NCBI GenBank assembly: GCA_032718475.1
Contig: JAUCBJ010008896.1
Coordinates: 186,001-250,000 of the forward strand
Length of the DNA: 64,000 nucleotides
Origin: Nemertoderma westbladi
Lineage: Eukaryota > Animalia > Xenacoelomorpha
Reading direction: 5' to 3'
Shown here piece after piece: positions 12,501 through 25,728 of this stretch. Below the pieces are notes generated by a model. That model had not been told where the DNA came from. It saw only the letters and a program-made list of their open reading frames with translations, and searched no databases. Within the stretch, counting starts at the first letter, position 1. Each line of letters opens with the position of its first letter. Made by a program: the position numbers and the translations under genes.

Positions 12501-15500
12501 ATAATAATATACAGACACATCATATATATAATGGAATGTAGGGCTTGATATTGTTTGATGATGGACGTGATATATTTAATTGTAATACAACACCAATTAA
12601 TGAGTTTAAAAAAAAATGATATCACTTACTAAACACATTAGGTCGCATTCCAATGCCCATAAAGACACATTAGTTACTATCCTTGTCTAAATTCAGGTAA
12701 AAGCTTACACAACCAACCCACAATTTTTATAAAAATATAAACGCATTTCTAATTTAATCTGAAAACATAGATGTTTCGCAGTAAACATCAAATTTTTTCA
12801 TGATGTAGAATAATTGTGTGAAATTAAACTTAAGACTGGGATTATACTTTCATTTTTTCAAATGGCAAAAGATTGATTCCCATAAATTAAAGGGGGGGGG
12901 GGGGGGGGGGGTATACCTCAATGATGACACTATTTCCGACAAGTTGTTGTAACTAACGAATCATAAATAATATGATTTGTACGGCTGCAGGTCCTACAAA
13001 GCATTACAAATAGAATATATGATGGGAAATAATAATAATATGCTGTTGTATGTGCGTTAATGAAAGCATGGAAAAAAAAATGGCACTAATATATATATAT
13101 ATATAAATAATACACATAGCAAAAAGCCAATATACTAGAAATAAAAAAAACAAACAATAGCTGAGCAGTGAAAACATTAGATACAGTAAGAGTAGCAAAA
13201 AAAATACACAAATTAAATGCCATAAACACCGCAATATTTTTCTTTTACAACTTTTTATACTTTATATACACTAACTTTATATACTAGTAATAGTAAGTAA
13301 CTAGTTATAATATAAGTATATACCAGACATTAACAATTAAAACAAATAATAAATAGCCTTCGCATTCATATCTGTCAATTGACTAGGAATATATATCATA
13401 GAACGGTACGGTATATATTTGTTGTGTATAATTATTGTAAAAATGTAGAAAGGAAACATACAAACCAGAACGACAATATATATACCGTAATACAATAAAA
13501 ACCAAAATAAACGTAATATTATAAAGTAGACAGAATGGAAAAACCATAGTTAAGTTAGAATTTTAACAAAATGTTAAACCTGATATATTGACATTAAATA
13601 GAGAGAAAGATGTTCACACATATATATTCACAACTAAGAAATAAAAACCACCAATTAGAAACACACCATGGTGCAAATATGTTGTTACTGATTACAACTA
13701 AGTCCAGTGAAATTTTTATTATTAAATGGAATTGCACGTTTTAAATCGCGATTATCTATAATCTAAATAACGGTTCAATACACAAAGCTAAACTTGTATG
13801 AGGTCATAAATTATACAACATGATGACAATAGAAAAAAAACATGACAATAATTTTGTTTATATCAGAAAAACTAAAAATGTTTATATCAGTATTTTACTG
13901 ACTACATCCATGGAACTATATCAGCTTCAACCTTAAATTATACATTAGTTTTTATGATGGGATAACCTAAAGATAAATAATTAATTACAGAACCTATAAA
14001 TAATATAATATATGTGGCACAATGCAGCAATGACACAGAGGTTTGCAAATGAAAATGGATGAAGTATTTATAAAATAATCACATAAAAAACATAATAATC
14101 GGACAAAGTAACAAAGCGTACGAAATGTGAGAAAAGTACCGGTACCAGACCTGTCAAATATTTCTGTTCCCATATGGCATAATTTCGTTTTGTTTTTAAA
14201 ATCAGTCAAAATTTAATCTGTTGTGTTACAATTCAGTTCACCTCAGCAAGACAACCAAAACAATATCAAACAAGGGCGAAAATTTAATCTGTTGTGTTCC
14301 AATTCAGTTAATATCAGCAAGACAAACAAAACAATATCAAGCAAGGGCGAAAACTATTAAGTTAATAACAAAAAGTATCATCTGCTACACCTCACAAAAA
14401 ATATAATTCCTTTATTATCGAGATAAGAGTAGAGTAAAGGAATACCAAATGAAGATTATGCCTATTAAGCTATTATTATTAAGTTACCGGTAACTCTAAT
14501 CTAAATAAATGTTTCTCTTCATCAGGTATACTTGCTAAAGGAATGAATCCTCACAAAAATCAAATTTAAGAGTTATAGTTCATATCCGTACCGTTGGTAT
14601 TTTCGTATTGCAAAAATAAGACTATAAGTATGAAATACCCTATGTTATTGAGATATTGTTTATTGTTTTGGTTAGAAAAGCCCACCACTGTAACCTGCTT
14701 CTTTCCGTTAATTAAGTAATGGAGATTAGTTTATTGTTTTGGTTAGAAAACACCACCACTGTAACACCACCGGTACGCATATGAACGATAACCAATTTAA
14801 GGATGAAAAGTACTTATTTATTACTCGAAAAATATTCAAGCATGGCATGGTTGGATGGATGGAATAACGACAGATACATGACGTATAATGAAATTATGGT
14901 CTTATATAAATTATTAAAAACGGACAAACCAAAGCATAATCAGCAGCTCATTCCACTACTTGTTAATAAAAATATCAAGATACTTAAGCCCAGCAGACAG
15001 GGTATATAATACCCGGGGAATATCAAATTATTAACTGCAAACTACTACTTAGTGCGTACCGGTAATATCAAAAGTGAATGTAAAAAGGGATTAACAATTT
15101 GTGAGTCATGCAGAGTCTTCCGAATAATTAAACAAGTTTAAAAAACAGTTCATAAAGCAAATTACATAGGTCAACTAATGAAAATTTTGTTAATTTCAAT
15201 TTTGGCCCTTGGCAACTACGCATAAGCTATTATCTGATTATTGGTTGATAACTTATATAAAAACAAATGAAGTGGAGGGAATCCAAACACATAAAAACTG
15301 TCCAAATAACTAGTGAGAAAGATACGACGACAGTACAGATAGGCCTAATACTGTAATAATCCAGATACATATACACCAGTATAATATTAGGCCTATATAT
15401 TATATAGAACAATAGAAGTAGGCCTACTGGATATGAATAGACACAATACAGCAATATAAGATACCGGTATATAACGGTACTGCTAGATATTAAGAGCTGT

Positions 15501-15512
15501 AACATTCTCCCA

Positions 15513-16073
15513 TCATACATCAGCGCCGTGAGTAAATTCCAATGTGGGTGGTGGGACTTCTACGTTGGTCATCGGAGGTTCATTTCCCTCGCGAAGTTGT
15601 CGGAAACAGATGAAAGCATCAGCCGCGAAAATGCTAACCGCAACGAGGCAGAAGACCCCGCCGGCAAGAACTCCCTCCAAACACTGAGAAACTCCTTCAG
15701 AGCCAAAGACCCAAGTACCGCCACCAACTGCAATGCCCACATTAGTTGTCGCCGCCACAATAACAGCTGTAATCCCAGCCGTTAGATGTAGCAAAGCCTC
15801 AACTAAATTAAACGTGATACCAAATATAGGCCAAGATAAGACTAAAGATTCCTTAATACGGAAGGCGAACGCTACGTACTGCAAGAAGACTGCGATACCT
15901 GAGGTAATGACGACGAATAGGAGCCACGTATAGGCGCCGCTGGCGACTTGGCTGGCGCACGCTGATCGCACAATCGTGCAGATAAAGATAATAAAATCGA
16001 TCGCCAATTCAGCGATTTTCATCCAACCTCCGATGGAACGAATAAAATTGTTGTCAGGCTTTCTTCTCACCAT
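15513..16073 (-). CDS. MARVEL-domain four-TM protein (CMTM/plasmolipin-like), single coding exon
   Basis: 186 aa with FIRSIGGWMKIAEL and four TM helices. Shares RSACAS..ASGAYTW.LFV and SQCL.GV.A.GV.CL with the 8963 copy. Confidence 0.85.
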   Translation of the reverse strand: MVRRKPDNNFIRSIGGWMKIAELAIDFIIFICTIVRSACASQVASGAYTWLLFVVITSGIAVFLQYVAFAFRIKESLVLSWPIFGITFNLVEALLHLTAGITAVIVAATTNVGIAVGGGTWVFGSEGVSQCLEGVLAGGVFCLVAVSIFAADAFICFRQLREGNEPPMTNVEVPPPTLEFTHGADV

Positions 16074-16659
16074 CGTGAATCACAAGAAACTATCAACTAC
16101 GCCGCACACTTACTTACAAGAAAAACAACAACTGCAAGGCAGGCAGGCACCAGGCAGTGCACAGCTACAGACAGACAGAGCTAGATATATTACAGTATTA
16201 CAGTATTAGCCTATGTCAGTATGTTCTGATGTTATATCTGTATATAAATACACACAATACAGCAATACACTTCAGCACTTACAGCAGTACAGGTTTGTGC
16301 TGATGTGCGTAGCAGCGTAGGGCCTACCATACCTGCATACAGCAGTTAGGGTATAACTTTTCGCCGTATCCGTATCCGTATGCATTTAAAAAAAGTGTCT
16401 CCGTTCAGCTGCAGGCCATTTATTCTATTAAATAAATACACAATGTTCTAGAACATTTTGTTTATCTCATAAGTAGCTTGGCAACAATGCAATGCCTACA
16501 TGATAATACTATTTTATAGATATTCCCACATAATCAAAATGTTCTAGAACATTGTGTATTTATTTAATAGAATAAATGGCCTGCAGCGGAAGAAAATACA
16601 TGCAAAATTCGAATGTCCATATCTCCGCTATTTCACAACCAAATTCAAATATTTTTACA

Positions 16660-18731
16660 GTCTTATCCGAAGGCTAGCCAATGGTAGTGTTGAATGGGTG
16701 AGTATACGAGCTCTCATGGCTAGTAGACTGATTGCATTAAACAAGTGTCCTGGGGTACGTCCAATAGGGATCGGGGAATCACTAAGACGGGTTATGGGGA
16801 AGTGTATGGCTGATGCAACAGGTGGTGACGTGCAAGAACTCTGTGGTGTCGACCAACTGTGTAGTGGGTTGTCTGCTGGAATAGAGTCGGCAATACATGT
16901 TATTAGAGACCTCTGGGATGAACACACTGGTCAGGGATGGGGAGTGTTATTAGTCGATGCGAAGAATGCTTTCAATTCCATCAATAGAATCACAGCTCTG
17001 TGGAATATTCGAATTTTCTGGCCTCGATGTGCTCGATTCATTTTTAATACCTACCGAGGTTACTCAATCCTGGTTCTCCATGGGCCTTCCGGAACTCTCC
17101 ATTTACTCAGCAGAGAAGGGTTCACACAGGGAGACCCACTGTCAATGCTGGGATATGCTGTCGCTGTCTACCCCCTTATCCTCGAACTGAAATCTGACGA
17201 ATATAATCAGGTATGGTTTGCAGATGATTCAGAGAACGTGGGCGAATTGATAAAGCTTCAAGAGTGGTTCATTCGCCTCATAAAGCGTGGACCATCCTAT
17301 GGGTATTTCCCAGAGCCTGATAAATGCACCCTTGTGGTTGATAGTGGTGATGAGACAACTGCACGCCATTTATTCAGTGGACTCGGCATCAATGTGGACG
17401 GGAGTGGTGTGGTAAATGGTACCAGGACCCTGGGTGGATTCGTCGGTGATAACAGTCTCCTAAATCAGTATATATCTTTAAAGGTTTACAAGTGGGAGAC
17501 TGACATAGAACGCCTTGCAGAGATTGCCGTCAACCAACCACAAGCCGCCTACTCAGCCATAACACGCTCACTGCAATTTCAATGGGGATTTCTCCAGCGA
17601 GTGATGCCATCTAGCACAAAGGAACTGTATACACCAATAGAGAAGGCCTTGCGTGACAAGTTACTTCCAGCGATTATGGGTGGTTCAGTTTCCAATGTGG
17701 AACGGAAGCTGCTTTCCTTACCAGTAGGCAAAGGTGGCTTGGGAATCCCTGATCCGACTCAGACAGCAACTACCTCACTAGAGACTTCTCGATCCGCAAC
17801 GCAAGTGGCATGTGAAGCAATCAAAAGTCGTTCAGAAATTAACTTTTATGAACATGGACGCTCCGTGAGGGAGGCACGGCAATCCCACTCCAAGCAGGCA
17901 TGTGAACATGCCGACAACATCCTTGATTCGGTGCAGAATGAATTACCCCCATCTCGTCGACGAGCAGTTGGAAGGGCCTCATCATCGACTTCGAGTTGGC
18001 TGACAGCACTTCCGCTCAAGTTACAAAACTTCGATCTGGCAGCCAATGAGTTTAGGGATGGACTCAGTCTTCGCTATGGACGTCCTCTAGTGGGTGCACC
18101 CACCAACTGTGATGGCTGCGGTTCAGCATTCACTCTCTCGCACGCCTTGGATTGCAAGAAGGGCGGTTTAGTAACATTGCGTCACAACGAGGTGCGAGAT
18201 GCCCAGGGTGAGCTCTTTAGCCTGGTATTCTCGGAGGCATCAGTAGAGAGAGAGCCCATCATCCGCGAGGCAGATGAGCAACACAACATGGAAGGACTGC
18301 GAGGTGACTTATCTGTACGGGGATTCTGGCAGCAGCAGAGGAGGGCGTTGTTTGATATTCGAGTTGTTGACTCTGACGCCCCCTCTTATGCTACCAGATC
18401 AGTACAGTCGCTATTGAGCAGTGCGGAAAGAGAGAAGAAAAACAAATATCTGGATGCTTGCGCCCAACGTCAGGCTGACTTCTCCCCTTTGGTTACCACA
18501 GTAGATGGCGTTCTGGGTACAGAGTACTCCATGGTCCTCCGCCGCCTGGCTGAGTTCCTCAGTACCAAGTGGGATAAACCCTACTCCCAGGTAATGTGCT
18601 GGGTCCGCACCAGACTGTCGTTTGCGACACTGAGGGCCACCTGTGCCTGTTTTAGATCATCCAGGTCACGTTGGCGGTGCTCAGGTGTAACGGATGGAGC
18701 TGCACTACCTCGATTTACACTCGAGAACTAG
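16660..18731 (+). CDS. RT + CCHC + restriction-like endonuclease ORF (N-truncated, uninterrupted)
   Basis: Motifs GVRPIGIGE, DAKNAFNS, QGDPLS, WFADD, CDGC...HALDC, RHNEVRD, GDL...FDIRV and EREKKNKY. Confidence 0.9.
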
Positions 18732-18950
18732 ACACTTCCTGCTGCTGGTATTGAATAGTTTGCATTTTCAGGTTGTACAGTTTGCTGGGTTATCAACACT
18801 ATTTTACAATAGCTATATATGTTTGTCTTCTGTCTTTCCTCCACTTTTTGGCCATATTTCATTAATATTCTGTGCAGGTTATTGTTATTGTTATTTACAA
18901 TGAATTGTTATTGATAAATATATAGAACCAATAAAATCTGAAAAAAAAAA
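16660..18950 (+). mobile_element. 5'-truncated CRE-clade (RLE-type) non-LTR retrotransposon
   Basis: TSD TATTTTTACA at 16650-16659 and 18951-18960, AATAAA at 18930 and an A10 tail at 18941-18950. Confidence 0.9.
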
Positions 18951-20324
18951 TATTTTTACATATTTGGAATCCTTGCACGGTCAGCTTTCTACTAGTAAGT
19001 ACCAACAAATCACTAAATGTTTGAAGAATAACTGCGGTGTAACTGGTGCAATATCGACGGAGACACTTTTTTTAAACGCTTGTAGCTTAAGAATGAAAGC
19101 AAAAAAAAAAATTCTGGCTCACCCACGGAGGAGGAGGGAGGTGAAACTATCTCTGTTTCAAATTTCCTGCAATATTATTAAGATTTGTAGAAAAATTTGG
19201 GGGAAGCCATGTACCTGAATAACGACACTATATTCCAGGACATGGTGTATGTACTGTATATGATCTTCCAAATACAAACAGTGCTAGACAAAAAGTTTTT
19301 AAACAGATGATAACTGATGGATGACCTTGGGGGTGGTGGCCGGGTGGGGGGGTTCTGGATCACTAACGAGCTTATGTGACTAGGGGGTGGGGGGGTGCCA
19401 AAACGGTGATAAAAAAAACAGACAAAAACGGTAATATTGTGATGGCGGTGATATTTGAATGACTCCTAAATGATAAAATTGGTTTTTGATCAAATTCTAG
19501 GAGGCCTAACACTGTAGGCCTAACTATAAACACCTAATCTTATCAACATTTTTCATTTTCATATATCATCAGAAATGAGAAGGGAAAGTTATTTTCTTTT
19601 AGGACAGCTACATATTTTTCCCTTTCATACAGTATGGTATAGCTTTAATGGTTTGGTGTTTGGAAAAGCGGAAAGACCAATGTGGCACGATGGAATCACT
19701 GATTTTGACATTCTGCAGCTGTGAAGTTTTCATAACAATTGACGTCAAATTGGTGGGCGCGTTATTAGGTTATCCGGCGTAATTTTTGGATGGATTCCAT
19801 ATTGGCTTAGAGGCCGTCCAGAATTCCCACTGTTAAAGTTTCCAACAGAGTGCGGTTGGAATGTTTATTTATCCGCATTTGTTTACGCCTAACAAATCGC
19901 CGTTAAACTGAACTAATGAATTCGAATTCCCACTTGAACACTCATTCTTCAACTTATCGGATTATGCAACAAAACTTCAGATTTTATTTTACACTTATCG
20001 GGGTCCCTTCCTCAAAGAAAGTACAATCAGTGCAAACTGAAAAACAACTGTGTTAGAGATAGTTGGACTAATTCTGTAATTGCTAATAGCATCTGTACTG
20101 CCTGACTGCCAGTGAGAGCCCAATATTTAGAATGCTGGGATGAAATTGGCTGTGAGTGGCTGGTTTGTACATCAACCATCTACACCGATAGACAAGAAAT
20201 TAAGGGAGTCCAAGAATTCAAGATACTTTATTGAGGTGAAGCGAATGAGCTAAAATCGCATTCTGCTCTATATCAATATCTAATCGTATGTATTTTTACT
20301 CCAATGGGGGAGAGTGCGAGACCT

Positions 20325-21600
20325 CTATCTTCTCCCCTTAGCGCTTAGCATAGCATCCATAGAAGATAACACTGATCTGCTCAGATGCTCAGATCTGCCA
20401 CTGAATCTAAATCTGTGTTCATGGAGGGTGGTTGATACAGGTGGTATAGTACCATAGAGCACGGCATTTGTCATGTGTTGTCTCCAGCTGATGTTTAGGG
20501 CTGCCCTTAGTAGTCTTGTGTAGCAACCATAAATTCGATGTTCAAGTGATTTAGTCAGTGTCCAGGTCTCACCCCCGTATAAAAATACACTTTCCACTGT
20601 GGCTCGAAAGAACTTAGTCTTCAGGTTTCCTGGAGAGATCTGATTTCCAGATGATTCCTTCGAATACGTAAGGGAAAGGCATGGGCAGCCTTGAATAGGC
20701 TTTCCAGGATTTGGAAGTCACCGAGAATTAATCGGAAACTTAAGGTCCGATTATTTAGAGCAGCAGTAGTTCCAGTACTCCTCTATGGGAGTCCATGCTG
20801 GGCTCTAACTGCTGAGGACACCAAATCTCTGGATGGCACATTCACAAGAATGCTACGCCGGGTTGATTGTACACTGTACACTGTACACATTGTACAATGC
20901 ACACATCTCCAACCAGACACTATATAACATTGGAGGTGTCTCATTGGTTCCACCGAGCTTGGCACTACAACAAAGTCGCCCCCGCTTTGCAGGACATTGC
21001 TATCGCCATGAGGACCAGCCAGTGCATAATCTTGTGCTTTGGCAGCTTCATGGAGTGATAAGCATGGTGCACAGCCCATGACTTTCTTGAGATGCATCTT
21101 AAAGGACACTGGCCTTGAAGATGCGGATGATCTAGCAAATGTCATGGGTGATAGGGAGTTGTGGCGGCGCAATTTTGTCGACAAGCCGGCACAGCATCAT
21201 TTAAAACTGCAGCTTCTATGCAGCATGCCGATCCTAGTAGTAGTGGGATTCCCATCAAATGTTGCAATCATGACCCTGGAATTTATAGATTCGATGTTGT
21301 TTAGGGTCTGAAGTGCAAATTGGCTTAGCAGAATTCCTACTCCACCAATTGATGCATTGGTCGAATTTGTTTCTGATGCCCTTGTTACTGACGTCCATCC
21401 CTTTCCAATGTCATTGTACTTCATGGCAGTGTCTTCATGACAAATTCGATGTTCTTGGATACAGATGATGTCGATGTTATATTCCATTGCCAGAGCAACC
21501 ATGTCACCCTGTTTGCTATGTGCTTTCCGTACGTATGTGTGAGTTCATTGTGGCAAACTTTAGTATCTTTTTACATTTCAACAGGTTGGTTCTTCTTTCT
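20325..21600. mobile_element. Cluster of RTE-like LINE relics in alternating orientation
   Basis: Minus 20325-20660: ESVFLYGGETWTLT. Plus ~20670-21200: RIWKS...LFRAAVVPVLLYGS..W...RFAGHCYR. Minus 21197-21600: APE motif IDIICIQEHR...GGVGILLS. Confidence 0.75.
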
Positions 21601-23053
21601 TCTCTGTCTTCTGTTCCAGTAGCCGATTTTTCGACCCCAGCCTGGTACCGAGCCAGTATTTCTCCTGGAGGGTTCTCATACTCCTCTATCTTTCAATTGC
21701 GGGAGTACTTCAATTGCGGGATTACTGCACATAATAACCATCATATTTCATTGGTTTCGACATTGGTTTTCTGTGGTTACTTCAGCCCCTCTATGATCTG
21801 CATGATTACAACATATCCATATATGAATGACAAAATAGCATCCCATTGTCTGCCGGTTCAAACTTCATAATATTAATTGGTAGGTCAAAATTTAGTTACC
21901 GACTGATACACCATCTGGATCTGGCCGCCATCAGTAATTATTTAGTAAGTTTTTTGTCAGGTTTTCAATAAACTTATGTTTAAGCATCTTCATCACCGTA
22001 CCGTGTATCATAATTTATTGCTGATTGATACTGTACTGCAATCATCAGCTATTGGGGGAGAACGGATTATTGTTCACTTGTCCTTCCTTTCCCCATATCA
22101 TAATCTATGTGCTGACTCGTTGCCAAACTACAATCAGCAGCTGGTGAAGTGAAGAAGAACCTATTGTTTTCAGTCGTCATCATTGAAATAACATGTTGAA
22201 ATAGCTCGCTCTACACTCTAATGCTCTATCCATATTATTATAAACATAATGTTTGCATTATCATTAATATTTTATAACAAAACAATACCATTTTTACTGT
22301 TTTGTTTGTTTAACAAACACAGTTTCACGTTGAACCAACAGATCACCATACTGCACTGCCAAATAATAGGCCTATTTGCTTATTATACAGTACAGTACTG
22401 TACAGCTGTGTTTGACAGCTTTATTACTATACACAGCATTGCAGTCCATGACTACAGTATTCAATTTACTTCATTATTAAAAATGACTTTAATATTTATT
22501 TTAAATTTTAACCAATTTTATCAAAGAATGCAGTTTGTAATATCAATTTAATGTTAAGTTTACTTTAAAAATCCTCTTTAAATTAAATTCATTTTTCAAG
22601 TAATAATTCTTGTGTTTTGCAATGAGTACAGTAGCATTTCATATGACATTCATATGACAGGTATGAAGGAAGCTAATAGTGTGACTTGTTTTTGTAGGTC
22701 CCTACTGTACTCCGAAGGCCTACCCATATGGGCGGCACGTATTCATTTTTATCAAATATCCAGATATCCATAAGTCATCCAAATGGCAGGTGACTTTTGA
22801 CTTAGGACACCAGCTGACCACCAGTTTTTGTTTAAAAATTTGCCACACCCCCTTTATGACAGTATGACTTATGTCTATAAGGGGTTGGGAATTTTACAAA
22901 TGATAAATCTAAAGATAGGCTTATTGTGTTTGTGTTGTTACTAATTAATCAGCTTTATTTATAAAATTGGAGCTGCAATGACATCCTGGTTATCTAATTA
23001 AATATATATATATATATCTTATGGTTATAATTATTACAACCACTAATTATATA

Positions 23054-25142
23054 CAGTCGGGGTCTCAAAGTGCATCTGTTCTTTGAGATTTTCTCAAAGA
23101 ACTAAAAGTGTCTCAAATTTCTAAAAGTGGTCCAAGAAAATGACAAAGTGTCCTCAAAGATTTCAAAGTAGTACTGTCAGTCATTTCATACAGTCCTGCC
23201 TGAAGCTGGCTATGGTAATGGGGTATATTGACTTTGACTATAGGGTAAAATATAAGTAATAAAAACCGCTATGAAACAATAAAGATGCCTCCAAAAAATA
23301 CTGCAGTAATAAATATTTGTTACTGAAAGTAAGAATTAAACTTACTGCAGTAATAAAAAATTGTCTTTTTCTGCAGTAACAAATAATTTGTTACTGCAGT
23401 AGAAATTGTTATTCAATTATTTATTAATATTGATTACTGCAGTATAAATTTTTATTCAATTATTTATTAATTTATTAATATTGATTATTGCAGTATAATA
23501 AATATTTGTTACTGCAGTAATAAATATTTGTTACTGCAGTAATAAATATTTGTTACTGCAGTAATAAATATTTGTTACTGCAGTAATAAATATTTGTTAC
23601 TGCAGTAATAAATATTTGTTACCGCAGTAATTGTTATTTATATGTTTACTGCAGTAACTAATATTTAATACAGCAGTATTTTTTGTAGGTATTTTTATTG
23701 TTTCATAGAGGATTTTATTAATTTATATTTGGACTCTTTAGAGACGCCATAATTGCGGGCTATCGGAATGTGTTGGTATTTGTGTCATAGACAGTTTGTC
23801 TGTTGCCCTATCTATATTAATGTATATGCTAAAACTGTACTGTTTTAATTTGTTTAGCCCACGTGAACGCCGAATACCTTTACCAATGCATTTCAATGGT
23901 CAACCAGCCATACTTTTGCCGCACTGTAAATTGTGTTTAACAAAGTAAAGAATAACGATAGAGGCAGGAATAAAGATAAATGATTCAAGCGCACTAATTG
24001 GCTGTTCCCATAGATGTTTTAGGCATTGTTGGTGCGCAATGCATATGGTCAGAGCGACCGCCCAGTCTGCCAAAATCTATTATGTAATCAAATGGTACCA
24101 CAAGCCAAGCAAAGCATGTGACAGTTCTTTCCGACTCTGCACCTGTTTGTTTGAAGGTCGCCGTCCGTGGGTCGCTGCTCACTAGCTGTGATTGATAGTT
24201 TAAACTGGGTGCGGCTTTGCCAGAAGGCGGTACACATCAATTGAATATGAGGCAAACATTTAAAATATGCTCAAATATAAACGCCAGCGGCAGGGGATAT
24301 TTTAATATCTCTATTAAGCTAAAACAACACAAGATTGTAGCCGTTCTATCGTACTTGAAAGTCGAAAGCCTTTCTTAGTTTTTAAGAAGGAATTCTCGCG
24401 CTCTCGTCAACATAGTTATCATATTAATTAAACAGTTAAGGTAGTACGGTTTGACCTGAGGTGACTAATGAAATGAATAACAAAAGTTATTACAAGCTTT
24501 CTCCCAACAGGGCTTCTTTAAGTCATTATAATGAAACTGCGTATACACAGAGATACTACAGTGCAGTTTCTCTTATATTAATTGTTAATCTGATATTGTA
24601 TTATGTTATTAAAATAATCAATCTTGTCAAGCATTAATCTTGTTTCACTAATTATGTTTCATGTATTATTTGAATGAATGTTTTTTAGAAAGACTTTAGG
24701 GTGTCGTAAATTCAATTTGTACTTGCGACCGAAAACCCATCCCTTAATCACCTCAGGAACCTCAATTTGATAAATTAATGGGAATATAGCTTCTATGCAA
24801 CAACTGGCCAGCACACAAGTATCACTTTGTTGCCCGCATAATATTGTTCCCCGAGAATGCCTCTGCCTCTCAGTTAACTTACTACGAGCTGTCAATCAGG
24901 AACTCCTCGGAGTTTATTTTCTCAAAGAATTAAAAGTGCCGCAAACTACCTCAAAGTGACATTTCTCAAAGAATTCAAAGAATACAAAGTGCCTAAAAGC
25001 AGGAAATCACTTTGAGATTCCCAACTAAAAGTGTCTACAAGAATTCAAAGCGGCCGTTGGGAATAATGTAATGACTTTTAGACACTTTTAGAAAAACTTT
25101 GAGAAAAACTCAAAGAACAGATGCACTTTGAGACCCCGACTG
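23054..25142 (-). mobile_element. Decayed Tc1/mariner-superfamily (pogo-like) DNA transposon
   Basis: 34-bp TIRs CAGTCGGGGTCTCAAAGTGCATCTGTTCTTTGAG with a TA duplication (23052-53, 25143-44). The minus-strand remnant KGWVFGRKYKLNLRHP resembles a CENP-B-type HTH. Confidence 0.8.
23245..23737. repeat. Nested foldback element with a 22-bp near-palindromic tandem unit
   Basis: Unit CAGTAATAAATATTTGTTACTG repeated at ~23490-23630, with degenerate copies from 23300. Inverted flanks CTATGAAACAATAAA / TTTATTGTTTCATAG. Confidence 0.8.
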
Positions 25143-25728
25143 TAGTTGTCTTTTTGATGATTTTAAAAATATCATTCAACTATCGGAGCATCTCAAAATG
25201 ATAAAAAGTGATAAAAAAATCATCATCACCAACATAGATAATCCTACAGAAGGAGGAAATTATATTGTGTTGCATTACCTGAATGATAAAGCTTGTATTA
25301 ACTTTCTCAAAGAAGCGATGGATGGTGTTTCTCTTACTGAGGGTATTGTGGATGGTTTTGTCATCTTGGATAAAACTAAAGCATTCATTGAGATTCCATC
25401 ACCGAAATGTTGAAGAGATATCTCAACCGCAACTCTTTCCAGAAATATTACCGCAAAAGTCGAGATTGTCAAATACATTAACCAGCGCATCAGCTGCAAA
25501 GAAACAGAAAGTTGGTAATATTGTTACCTCAATTCCAGTAGATGAGGCTAATAATTTTACCTCGAAACCTGAGCTCATGTCAAGCAAAACCTTATTGGTG
25601 ATTGGTTTCAAATTATTTAACCTGGTAGCATATAAATGCTAAGATACAGTCAATAACATTTCATTTTATTTTAATCTTTGGAGATATTTTATTATTATTA
25701 TTATTATATAATCTAAACAAACTTCGAT

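Larger units (their letters stand above)
16385..19076. mobile_element. MITE interrupted by the CRE retrotransposon
   Basis: Inverted termini TTTAAAAAAAGTGTCTCCGT (16385-16404) and ACGGAGACACTTTTTTTAAA (19057-19076), plus an internal IR at 16408-16460/16535-16587. The rejoined halves match the related copy at ~8290-8540. Confidence 0.7.

Noticed and set aside
16554-16659. N-terminus of the 725-aa ORF
   Set aside because: Lies upstream of the TSD in MITE sequence; a chance in-frame extension.
22620-23050. Possible left terminus of Polinton A
   Set aside because: No clean AGTAGT end, no matching right TIR in the window and no TSD to test.
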